64,000 nt of DNA, from contig OY969939.1 in assembly GCA_963704785.1 (NCBI GenBank), forward strand, positions 2,383,475 through 2,447,474, read 5' to 3'. The stretch is from an uncultured Eubacteriales bacterium (lineage in GTDB: Bacteria > Bacillota > Clostridia > Lutisporales > Lutisporaceae). Made by a program: the position numbers and the translations under genes. The notes below the pieces were generated by a model, which saw only the letters and a program-made list of their open reading frames with translations, was not told the origin of the DNA and did not search any database. Positions within the stretch are counted from its first letter, which is position 1; every line of letters begins with the position of its first letter. Shown here piece by piece: positions 10,901-19,574 of this stretch.

Positions 10901-11818
10901 ATGAGAAGTATTAATAAGATTTCCCTGATTGGTCTTGGAGCAGTAGGTACAACCTATGCCAGTAAGCTACATGATATGGACTCAAGCTGCTTAACTGTTA
11001 TAGCAAACCAGGAAAGAATCGATAGATACAGTGCAAAGGGAATCATAGTTAATAATAAAAAGTATCAGTTTAATTATATAAAGCCTGATGATATGGTAGA
11101 GCCAGCAGATTTAATCATAGTCTCAGTAAAGTTTCATCAGCTTTCACAAGCTATAAAGGATATGAAGAAGCATATAGGGCCAAATACTATAATACTATCT
11201 CTTATGAATGGTATTTCCAGCGAGAAAATCATAGGGGAAGTATACGGTATGGAGAAGCTTTTGTACGGTATGGTGCTAGCCATTGATGCAGAAAGAAATA
11301 ACAACAATATAACCCATGCAAGCACTGCAAAGATATACTTTGGAGAAGAAGACAATACTGTATATGGAGATAAGGTTAAAGCAGTAAAAGCTTTATTTGA
11401 CAGAGCAAATATTGAGTACATAATTCCTGATAATATGCTATACACCTTGTGGTGGAAATTTATGTTCAACGTAGGTATCAATCAAACCTCGGCAGTGCTA
11501 AAGGCTACCTATAAGGTGTTCCAAGAGATACCAGAAGCAGAAGACTTTCTAAGGGCGGCTATGAAGGAGGTACTTGTTTTATCTCAAAAAACTGGTATCA
11601 ATCTGAAGGAAGAAGCCATTGATGAATTTGTAAATCTGGTGAAAAGGCAGTCGCCTGACTCTAAAACTTCAATGCTACAGGATATAGAAGCAGGTAGGAA
11701 GACTGAGGTAGAGATGATGGCAGGAACTGTCTGTGAGCTAGGAGAGAAGCATGGGGTTGAGACGCCTATAAACAAGATGCTATATAATATGATAAGAACT
11801 ATAGAAAAGAGAGTATAA
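10901..11818 (+). CDS. panE: 2-dehydropantoate 2-reductase (ketopantoate reductase)
   Basis: 305 aa with an N-terminal Rossmann motif ISLIGLGAVGTTYA and a C-terminal [17 protein letters not shown] motif typical of ApbA/PanE. Confidence 0.8.
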   Translation: MRSINKISLIGLGAVGTTYASKLHDMDSSCLTVIANQERIDRYSAKGIIVNNKKYQFNYIKPDDMVEPADLIIVSVKFHQLSQAIKDMKKHIGPNTIILSLMNGISSEKIIGEVYGMEKLLYGMVLAIDAERNNNNITHASTAKIYFGEEDNTVYGDKVKAVKALFDRANIEYIIPDNMLYTLWWKFMFNVGINQTSAVLKATYKVFQEIPEAEDFLRAAMKEVLVLSQKTGINLKEEAIDEFVNLVKRQSPDSKTSMLQDIEAGRKTEVEMMAGTVCELGEKHGVETPINKMLYNMIRTIEKRV

Positions 11819-11843
11819 GCTGTTTGAAAAAAGATACATGTAT

Positions 11844-11910
11844 GGTGCGAAGATTATTAGGTTATTAAAATAGTATATTTAATAACTGTCAAACTGCTGA
11901 GTCTGGCACT
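11844..11910 (+). repeat. Two-tier hairpin element, partial copy X1
   Basis: GGTGC...GTTATTAAA/TTTAATAAC hairpin...AATAACTGTCAAACTGCTGAGTCTGGCAC. The last ~28 nt match copies at 30071-30098 and 32268-32295 with about 5 mismatches. Confidence 0.5.
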
Positions 11911-11976
11911 AACAAATTACTAACTTCAGTTTCACTATTAAAAACGGAATTTACAAATTCATTTTAGCAAAATGTA

Positions 11977-12005
11977 TTGACATACCATAAAGATTTGTAT
12001 AATAT
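11977..12005 (+). promoter_or_regulatory. Sigma-A-like promoter
   Basis: TTGACA-17 nt-TAATAT (alternative reading: TGTATAAT extended -10). Confidence 0.45.
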
Positions 12006-12049
12006 GGATATTATAGGCGTATATTACAAAATTTATGAGGAGTGACATT

Positions 12050-13231
12050 ATGAAGAAAAAATTAATTCCACTAATAGTTTTAGTTTTTACATTGAGCTGT
12101 TTTTTGATGAATACTTCAATCATGCAAGCTGATGAGAATAGGCAAATTGAAGCACAAAATAATTATTATGAAATTGATGATAAAGATGATGACGAATATC
12201 AATTAAATATTAATACATCTGAAGATTTAGCATTAAATGAAGGTTATGTTCAAGTTTATTCTATAGAAGATAATAAGAATGTATTTATTGGTAAAACTGA
12301 CCAAGATGGAAAAGTTACTATAAAGCTAAAAAACAATAAGAAATCATTAAGAGAACAACTTACCAAAGAAACTATTAATGTAATTGACAAGCACTATATA
12401 GTATTTGCTGGTAATAATAGCGAAGTAGCTACAAAAGGTATAACAGTATCATATAAGCTAAAAAATAATAAAAAGCAACTGATTGATGTAAACAATCAGG
12501 AAGTATTAATGAGAGATGATAGTTATGTTACTAAGAATATAAAGATAGAGAAAATGGAAGCGGTAAGTAACTTTAAGAAAAATAATGATGCTAAATTAAG
12601 TATATCAGAACCTCAATATGAAGTCCCAATATGGCATTTAGCAAGTGAAAAAAGTCTAGGTTCGAAAGCAACAGATATATTAAAAGTATATCTTACTGAT
12701 GGGGTAAACTCTCAAGCTACAATGGATCAAAGTGTTAGCGGAAATTTAACTGTTTCAGGTGGAAGTCTTGTAACAGCTAGTTATAGTACTGGTACTCAAA
12801 CATCATGTAGTAATGCGGAAGCTGCTGGTAGTTATACAGGTACAAGAAGAATGTATAAAACTTACTTTACTTATGCTGAACAATATTGGGTAAGTACAGT
12901 TGGTGAAATGTATAAAGTTGTTATAAAATCATGGGATGGATTTTTAAACAGATATGATTATTATGAACCATATTGTACTCCTTCTTATTTACCAACTTCA
13001 GATTATTTATTAGTACAAGGTGGTCAAACAAAATCGATTTCATATTCTACTACTAAAACACTTAGTGGTGCATTGAGTCTTTCTTCTCTATACATAAGTG
13101 GAGCAGTATATACTGTAAATACAGGTTATCAGTGTTCAACATCAACTTCAGTTACAAGAAATTTCACTACAGAACATGCATATTACCGTGTATATCCAAC
13201 AACATCTCAGAATTATATTGTATACCAATAA
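12050..13231 (+). CDS. Secreted protein of unknown function (Ser/Thr/Tyr-rich C-terminal domain)
   Basis: GAGGAG SD 7 nt before the ATG at 12050. The signal peptide is MKKKLIPLIVLVFTLSCFLMNTSIMQA. I recognise no family. Confidence 0.55.
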   Translation: MKKKLIPLIVLVFTLSCFLMNTSIMQADENRQIEAQNNYYEIDDKDDDEYQLNINTSEDLALNEGYVQVYSIEDNKNVFIGKTDQDGKVTIKLKNNKKSLREQLTKETINVIDKHYIVFAGNNSEVATKGITVSYKLKNNKKQLIDVNNQEVLMRDDSYVTKNIKIEKMEAVSNFKKNNDAKLSISEPQYEVPIWHLASEKSLGSKATDILKVYLTDGVNSQATMDQSVSGNLTVSGGSLVTASYSTGTQTSCSNAEAAGSYTGTRRMYKTYFTYAEQYWVSTVGEMYKVVIKSWDGFLNRYDYYEPYCTPSYLPTSDYLLVQGGQTKSISYSTTKTLSGALSLSSLYISGAVYTVNTGYQCSTSTSVTRNFTTEHAYYRVYPTTSQNYIVYQ

Positions 13232-13318
13232 CTAATATCTAGGCTTTGGAGACAAAAGAAAATAGTATTTTCTTTTGTCTCCTTCGATTATAATATTAAA
13301 AGATAAGGAGGTTTTATA

Positions 13319-13759
13319 GTGATTAGTAAACTGTTTAAGATTATTCTTGTTATTATAGTATGTTTTACCATAGTCACTGGTTGTAGTAGAAATGTTGAAA
13401 TGCCTACATTAAAGACAATAATTGATAATAAGGAGTATTCTACTATAACAACAAGTTACTACTGGGAACCATTACCGAAAAAGGATAGATTATTTGGTAC
13501 TATGCCATATGAGAGATTAAAAAGTGAAGAAGCTACATTAATCAGGGATAACAAAGTAGTTAAGCTTGAGTTTAATCGATTACCCGAAGATTATTTTGTT
13601 GTATTATATAATAATGATAATGGGAATTATGACCAAATAGAATTGAAGGATGAAAACTCAATAACTGTCCCAGATAAAGCAGGAGTATATTACTATTCAA
13701 TTAATACTAATTGGAAAGAAGGACAAATCAAATATGGTTTTTGTGTAAAGATAGAATAA
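13319..13759 (+). CDS. Lipoprotein, unknown function
   Basis: AAGGAGG SD, GTG start, lipobox IVTGC. Confidence 0.55.
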   Translation: MISKLFKIILVIIVCFTIVTGCSRNVEMPTLKTIIDNKEYSTITTSYYWEPLPKKDRLFGTMPYERLKSEEATLIRDNKVVKLEFNRLPEDYFVVLYNNDNGNYDQIELKDENSITVPDKAGVYYYSINTNWKEGQIKYGFCVKIE

Positions 13760-13761
13760 AA

Positions 13762-13790
13762 ATATCTCCGAACACATGGTTCGGAGATAT
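13762..13790. terminator. Bidirectional hairpin terminator
   Basis: ATATCTCCGAAC-N5-GTTCGGAGATAT followed by TTTT. It is homologous to the terminator at 16900-16926. Confidence 0.6.
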
Positions 13791-13798
13791 TTTTATAT

Positions 13799-14052
13799 TT
13801 AGAATCTCTTACAGATTGTTGCAACTCTTTCCTTAGCAGGTGTAAGGTCTTTATCCTTGTTCTCAATAGTCCAGTTGATTATATCGGCTATTTCAATCAT
13901 TTCTTCTTTGCCAAAGCCTCTTGTAGTAGTAGCTGGAGTACCTATACGGATACCGCTTGTTACAAATGGGCTTTGAGTTTCAAAAGGAACAGTGTTTTTA
14001 TTAGCTGTTATGCCTATTTCATCAAGTAGATGCTCTGCTTCCTTGCCTGTTA
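13799..14052 (-). pseudogene. glyA: Duplicated 3' fragment of glyA (last ~84 codons)
   Basis: 254 bp collinear with 16936-17189, with about 11 substitutions. Homology stops abruptly at 14052. Confidence 0.85.
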
Positions 14053-14054
14053 GA

Positions 14055-14082
14055 AAGCAGAAGGGACGGTTCTCTTTGCTTC
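14055..14082 (+). repeat. 30-nt hairpin repeat, copy B (in the duplication junction)
   Basis: AAGCAGAAGGGACGGTTCTCTTTGCTTC, inside the 39-bp filler between the glyA and panE fragments. Confidence 0.7.
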
Positions 14083-14091
14083 TACGGCTAT

Positions 14092-14222
14092 GAAGCAGGT
14101 AGGAAGACTGAGGTAGAGATGATGGCAGGAACTGTCTGTGAGTTAGGAGAGAAATATGTGGTAGAGACACCTATAAACAAGATGTTATATAATATGATAA
14201 GAACTATAGAAAAGAGAATATA
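14092..14222 (+). pseudogene. panE: Duplicated 3' fragment of panE (last ~43 codons)
   Basis: Collinear with 11687-11818, with about 8 substitutions. There is no 5' part. Confidence 0.85.
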
Positions 14223-14236
14223 AGCTATAACTGAAT

Positions 14237-14275
14237 AAAAAGTAAGAGGGCAAGTATACTTGCCCTCTTACTTTT
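14237..14275. terminator. Bidirectional terminator
   Basis: Perfect palindrome AAAAGTAAGAGGGCAAGTA/TACTTGCCCTCTTACTTTT. Confidence 0.65.
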
Positions 14276-14282
14276 TTAAATA

Positions 14283-14888
14283 TTAAGCTTGATTTATATC
14301 TTGACCTATTATTGTTTTGCTCTTGCTGTTTCGCTCCATCTTTGGAAGTCTGATTTCCAGAACTCCGCTTTGAAGAGTAGCTTCACATGACTCAGCTCTT
14401 ACGCTTGTTGAAAGAGGAATAGTTCTGTGAAGGATTAGATTTTCGTTGCCAGTCCATACATTACCGCTTATAGTACATGAATCTTGAGTTATATTTAGAT
14501 TCATGTTATTAACAGTTCCATTAGTAACAAATGCAGAAACTACTATTTCGCTAGATGTCTCTGAAATATCTATACTTGGTTGTACAAGTAGGCTTCTTCT
14601 ATTGTTCATCATGTAAATATCTGAAACGCCGCTTCCAAATTGTCCAAATTGACTAGCAGATATTGAAGGGTTAATATTTGTATAGCCTTGATTACTCCAG
14701 TTTGATGGTTGGTTTGAACCAAAGCTTCCTGAGTTAAAATTGGAGTTGTTTAAAGCGTTTACAGTATTACCACCTTGCAGACTATAACTTACTGTTGTAC
14801 CTACATAAGAACCATTACTTGAGAATGGAACTAGGCGTACTAGTTGAGTACTGTTTGTGGCTTGTGATTGTTGATTTTGATAATTCAT
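14283..14888 (-). CDS. Hsp20/alpha-crystallin-domain protein with an N/Q/S/G-rich N-terminal half
   Basis: The C-terminal ~100 aa (SIDISETSSEIVV...ATLQSGVLEIRLPK) fit the ACD fold. The N-terminal ~95 aa are low-complexity (NQQSQATNS...NSNFNSGSFGSNQPSNWSNQG). GGAGGAAG SD. Confidence 0.6.
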   Translation of the reverse strand: MNYQNQQSQATNSTQLVRLVPFSSNGSYVGTTVSYSLQGGNTVNALNNSNFNSGSFGSNQPSNWSNQGYTNINPSISASQFGQFGSGVSDIYMMNNRRSLLVQPSIDISETSSEIVVSAFVTNGTVNNMNLNITQDSCTISGNVWTGNENLILHRTIPLSTSVRAESCEATLQSGVLEIRLPKMERNSKSKTIIGQDINQA

Positions 14889-15064
14889 TGTTTTCTTCCT
14901 CCTTAAAATTTATGATATTTTTGAACAAATGTATTTTGTGTAATTAAAAAAAATATTATTCATGAATATCTATTTATTCTGATTCTAATAATAACGTAGT
15001 AAGTTTATGAAATTTTATAATAGCCTTTAACATAATGAGAATTCACATAGGAGGACAGCCTAAG

Positions 15065-16045
15065 ATGAATGGAAATAAGAAAGAACTTATAAGACAGATT
15101 GCTGAAATGAGAAACTCAAAGGTAATTTGTTATATTGGTGGCGACAGACAGAATGTAAGTATCAGAGTAGCACCGGACATTATACCTGTTTTTTATAAGC
15201 TTCTTGAGAATTTGGGACAATCTGATAAAATAGATCTTGTATTATTTACTAAGGGAGGGGACGTTCATACTGCTTTGAGATTAGTGGAGCTTATATATGA
15301 ATACACGAAGAATTTTTCAGTTATTGTCCCATATAAGGCATACAGTGCAGGTACCCTTATATGTCTTGGAGCTTCACAGCTGATTATGACAAAAATGGCA
15401 GAGTTGAGCCCCGTTGATCCCAATGTAACAAGTGTTTTTAATCCTCCTGATGAGAACAATCATCTTATCAAACAGCCTATTAATGTTGAAGATGTGTACT
15501 CATTCATTACAATAGCAAAAGAAGTTGTAGGGCTTAAGACTGATGATGCCCTCGTTAAGGTATTTACTGACCTTACAGAACATATTCATCCATTGGCTGT
15601 AGGAAGTATATATAGAACTCATGCCTTAATACGTTCAATTGCAAGAAGTCTTCTTACGATTCATATGGATTCAAGGGAAGAATATAAGATTAGTGAGATA
15701 ATAAACAGTCTTACAGAAAAGCTCCATTCTCATAGTTATATGATAACAAGGAGGCAAGCAAAAGAAATAATAAAGCTTCCTGTTGATTATTGCAATGAAG
15801 ATTTAGAAAAAAAGGTATGGGAGCTATATCAGAGCTATGAAACAGATCTAATGCTTAATGAGCCCTTTATGCCTGAAAATAATGTAGATGTAGATGGTAG
15901 ATTTTCAGTATGCTCTGGAATTATTGAGACTCTAGATATGACCTATGGATATGTTTTTGATGGTATGATTAACAGAATAAATAAAAACGATATCGATTTA
16001 CCCCCAAATATAAATATTACTAGCCAAGGCTGGAGGAGATTATAA
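15065..16045 (+). CDS. SDH-family (ClpP/SppA-fold) serine protease-like protein
   Basis: AGGAGG SD 9 nt before the ATG at 15065. The motif LFTKGGDVHTALRLVELI...KAYSAGTLICLGA...LSPVDP fits the Clp-fold 'serine dehydrogenase proteinase' family. Confidence 0.55.
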   Translation: MNGNKKELIRQIAEMRNSKVICYIGGDRQNVSIRVAPDIIPVFYKLLENLGQSDKIDLVLFTKGGDVHTALRLVELIYEYTKNFSVIVPYKAYSAGTLICLGASQLIMTKMAELSPVDPNVTSVFNPPDENNHLIKQPINVEDVYSFITIAKEVVGLKTDDALVKVFTDLTEHIHPLAVGSIYRTHALIRSIARSLLTIHMDSREEYKISEIINSLTEKLHSHSYMITRRQAKEIIKLPVDYCNEDLEKKVWELYQSYETDLMLNEPFMPENNVDVDGRFSVCSGIIETLDMTYGYVFDGMINRINKNDIDLPPNINITSQGWRRL

Positions 16046-16047
16046 AA

Positions 16048-16224
16048 ATGCCAGAAAATAATAAATATAGGAATGAGAAGTATATCAAGATAAGTAAGGA
16101 CTCAGGGTGTATATCTGCAAATTACAGTATACATAACATAGATGAAGATATAGTTATTGTTCCTTACGAAACCAATGAAGTAAGCGGAAGCTTCAAGCTA
16201 TCCAGGGTAGACAAAAGCAGATAA
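16048..16224 (+). CDS. 58-aa ORF translationally coupled to the protease gene
   Basis: Its ATG lies 2 nt after the protease stop and it is missing from the ORF track (<60 aa): MPENNKYRNEKYIKISKDSGCISANYSIHNIDEDIVIVPYETNEVSGSFKLSRVDKSR. Hairpin repeat copy C follows. Confidence 0.4.
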   Translation: MPENNKYRNEKYIKISKDSGCISANYSIHNIDEDIVIVPYETNEVSGSFKLSRVDKSR

Positions 16225-16248
16225 GTGATAAAAACAAGCTATGAATCT

Positions 16249-16276
16249 AAGCAGAAGGGACGGTTCTTTTTGCTTT
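16249..16276 (+). repeat. 30-nt hairpin repeat, copy C
   Basis: AAGCAGAAGGGACGGTTCTTTTTGCTTT. Confidence 0.7.
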
Positions 16277-16455
16277 CAAAATTATCAAGTGACAATTATA
16301 TATTTCCTTAAAACCAAATTAATATAAAAAATACTATATAATAACAATATAAATAATATATGGTATAATGAATCTAACAGTCAGTATTATGAAGTAAGCA
16401 ATATACGATAAGCCTTCAAATATGACTATTATAAACATATTTAAGAGGTGACATT

Positions 16456-16887
16456 ATGAGAAATAGACACACATTTTTATTATTCTTAGTAATTGTTATG
16501 ACTATAATGCTATTTACTAACGGATGTGCAAAAAGTAGTAATCAAGACAATGAAAAAATAACAGATAAAGTTATTGAGCTTGAGAAAGACTATTATCTTC
16601 TGCATTCAGCTCAAATGTCATATACCGAGTATTTAAGCAATGTAGAACCTATTATATTCTCAAACTCTAGTTATTTGGATATGTATGAAAAAGAAGATAT
16701 ATTTAGGAACATTGATAAAGAGTGGAAGCTCTTTGAAATGCGTTCAACTATCGTTGCAGGATATGATAATCCTAAGGGTGGACATATAGTAACACCACAG
16801 GACGAAACAAATTTATTTAAAGAATATAATAATGAAAAGGTAGTTTATGATACTACCATAAATTTAGAGCAATATGATGTAAAATAA
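16456..16887 (+). CDS. Lipoprotein, unknown function
   Basis: AAGAGGTG SD, lipobox LFTNGC. Confidence 0.55.
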   Translation: MRNRHTFLLFLVIVMTIMLFTNGCAKSSNQDNEKITDKVIELEKDYYLLHSAQMSYTEYLSNVEPIIFSNSSYLDMYEKEDIFRNIDKEWKLFEMRSTIVAGYDNPKGGHIVTPQDETNLFKEYNNEKVVYDTTINLEQYDVK

Positions 16888-16899
16888 AAGTTATTAAAA

Positions 16900-16926
16900 A
16901 AGCTCCGAACATATAGTTCGAAGCTT
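16900..16926. terminator. Bidirectional terminator (lipoprotein gene / glyA)
   Basis: AAGCTCCGAAC-N5-GTTCGAAGCTT (one mismatch) followed by TTT. Confidence 0.55.
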
Positions 16927-16935
16927 TTGACATAT

Positions 16936-18161
16936 TTAGAATCTCTTACAGATTGCTGCAACTCTTTCTTTAGCTGGTGTAAGGTCTTTATCTTTGTTCT
17001 CGATAGTCCAGTTGATTATATCGGCTATCTCGACCATTTCTTCCTTGCCAAAGCCTCTTGTAGTAGTAGCTGCTGTACCTATACGGATACCGCTTGTTAC
17101 AAATGGGCTTTGAGTTTCAAAAGGAACAGTGTTTTTATTAGCTGTTATGCCTATTTCATCAAGTAGATGCTCTGCTTCCTTGCCTGTTATTCCTTTATTT
17201 CTAAGGTCAACAAGCATTAAATGGTTGTCTGTACCTCCAGATACAAGGTCAAAACCTCTGTCAAGCAATGCTTGTGCAAGAGTCTTAGCGTTCTCAACAA
17301 CCTTTTGTTGGTAATCTTAAATTCCTCAGAAGCAGCTTCTTTGAAGCATACTGCCTTAGCAGCTATCATGTGCATCAGTGGTCCACCTTGAATGCCTGGG
17401 AATATTGTTTTGTCGATATCCTTTGCATACTTAGCCTTGCAGAGTATAGCACCACCTCTTGGACCTCTTAGAGTCTTGTGAGTAGTAGTTGTAACAAAGT
17501 CTGCATATGGTACTGGACTTGGATGAACTCCCGCAGCTACAAGACCTGCAATATGAGCCATATCCACCATCATATAAGCTCCAACCTCGTCACATATTTC
17601 TCTGATTCTTGGAAAATCTATTATTCTTGAGTAAGCACTTGCACCTGCAACTATCATTTTTGGCTTATTCTCAACAGCCATGTTTCTTAGCTCGTCATAG
17701 TTGATATAGCCTGTTTGGTCAACTCCGTAGGATATAAACTTGTAAAGCTTTCCTGAGAAGTTAACTGGGCTGCCATGTGTCAAGTGTCCGCCATGGGATA
17801 GGTTCATACCAAGTACAGTATCACCAGGGGTAAGCACTGCCATATAAACACCCATGTTTGCTTGTGAGCCTGAGTGAGGCTGTACATTTGCATGTTCAGC
17901 TCCATAAAGCTGTTTCATTCTGTCACGAGCAATGTTTTCTGTCATATCAACAAACTCACAGCCACCATAATATCTCTTTCCTGGATAACCTTCTGCATAT
18001 TTGTTTGTAAGGTGAGAGCCCATTGCTTCCATTACTGCTTGGCTTACAAAGTTCTCAGAAGCTATAAGTTCAATCTTGCTTGATTGTCTATTTATTTCTA
18101 GTTCAATGGTTTTAAATAGTTCTGGATCTTGTTGCTTTAAATTTTCGTACATATTGTTCAC
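16936..18161 (-). CDS. glyA: Serine hydroxymethyltransferase, one frame break
   Basis: ORFs 17217-18161 and 16936-17268 join into a full SHMT ([26 protein letters not shown]). The frame changes around 17.30 kb, where AAGATTACC appears where AAGGATTACC is expected. Confidence 0.85.
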
Positions 18162-18172
18162 TCCTTAAATAG

Positions 18173-19564
18173 TTATTTTTTTGACTGAACTAGGTGTATT
18201 GCCTCACCCTTTAAACCGCATACAGCTTCATGGAAAGCTTCGGATAAGGTTGGATGGGCATGTATAGTATTTTTGATGTCATCAATCTTTAATTTTGAGC
18301 TAATTGCAAGGGTACCCTCATGAATTAAATCTGAGGCATGTGGACCCATTATATGAACTCCGATTATTTCCTCTTGCATATTGGACATTACCTTTACAAA
18401 GCCTTCACTTTCACCAAGAGATAGAGCCTTACCATTAGCACCAAACATAAACTTGCTGGTCTTGTATTCCATACTCTGTTCCTTTGCCTCATCTTCTGTT
18501 ATACCAACAGTGGCAATCTCAGGGAATACAAATATACAGCTTGGGATAGGAGATTCTTGGTTGAACGCATGTCCATGTATTCTTTCTGCCACGTGAATTC
18601 CTTGATGAGATGCTGCGTGGGCAAGCATTATCTTACCATTAACATCTCCTATTGCATAAATACCCTTTATATTTGTTTCGTAGTTAGCATCTACCATGAT
18701 TGCTTTTCTGTTGAACTCAATGCCGACCTTTTCTAGGTTTAAGCCTTCTGTATGCGGAGTTCTTCCTGTTGCAATCAGAAGAGCCTCTGATTCTACTTCA
18801 AACTTACCCTTTTTATTCTCGCATAGAATGTAATAAAGATCATTTCTCTTTTCTATTTTATCAATTTTGCAGTTTGGATTCAACTCGATTCCCTTTTTCT
18901 TCACAGAAACAGAAAAACGTTTAACAATATCGCTGTCTACCCTATTTAGTATGCTGAATAAATCAATGACAGTAACTGCTGAACCCATAGCAGCAAATAT
19001 TCCTGCAAACTCCATACCTATTACACCACCACCGATTATAGTAAGGCGAGGAGGAATTTCCTTGAAGTTTAAGATGTCATCACTTGAAAGAATTCCTTCT
19101 ATATCATTACCTTCAATTGGTGGATTGCTAGATTTTGAGCCTGTTGCTATTATTATATTTTTTCCTGTAATCTCTTCTGTACTTCCATCAGGAAGCGTAA
19201 TAGTTACAGTGTTCTTATCCTTTAGGGTGGCTGTGCCATTTATGACTTCTATTTTATTAGCCTTAAGAAGCTGTTCAACACCAGAAACCAATTGGTCAAT
19301 AACCTTTTGCTTTCTGTTTTGAACCTCTTCAACATTTATGCTGTAGCCATCAACATTAATGCCAAATTCCTTTATATTTTTAAGGGTGTTTAAAATCTCT
19401 GCATTTCGCCAAAGAGCTTTTGTTGGGATACAGCCTCTATTTAGACATGTACCGCCAACCCTATCTCTTTCAACAATACAAACGTCAGATCCAAGCTGGG
19501 CAGCTCTTATAGCTGCCACATAACCGCCAGGACCTCCGCCTATTACTATAACATCTTTATTCAT
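18173..19564 (-). CDS. lpdA: Dihydrolipoyl dehydrogenase (glycine-cleavage L protein)
   Basis: 463 aa with GGGPGGY FAD motif and the redox-active GGTCLNRGCIPTK. Confidence 0.85.
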   Translation of the reverse strand: MNKDVIVIGGGPGGYVAAIRAAQLGSDVCIVERDRVGGTCLNRGCIPTKALWRNAEILNTLKNIKEFGINVDGYSINVEEVQNRKQKVIDQLVSGVEQLLKANKIEVINGTATLKDKNTVTITLPDGSTEEITGKNIIIATGSKSSNPPIEGNDIEGILSSDDILNFKEIPPRLTIIGGGVIGMEFAGIFAAMGSAVTVIDLFSILNRVDSDIVKRFSVSVKKKGIELNPNCKIDKIEKRNDLYYILCENKKGKFEVESEALLIATGRTPHTEGLNLEKVGIEFNRKAIMVDANYETNIKGIYAIGDVNGKIMLAHAASHQGIHVAERIHGHAFNQESPIPSCIFVFPEIATVGITEDEAKEQSMEYKTSKFMFGANGKALSLGESEGFVKVMSNMQEEIIGVHIMGPHASDLIHEGTLAISSKLKIDDIKNTIHAHPTLSEAFHEAVCGLKGEAIHLVQSKK

Positions 19565-19574
19565 AGGATTCTCC

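Noticed and set aside
13799-14170. 123-aa ORF from the track as a real gene
   Set aside because: It is a chimera: a glyA 3' fragment read through the junction filler and the antisense strand of the panE fragment. It has no SD.
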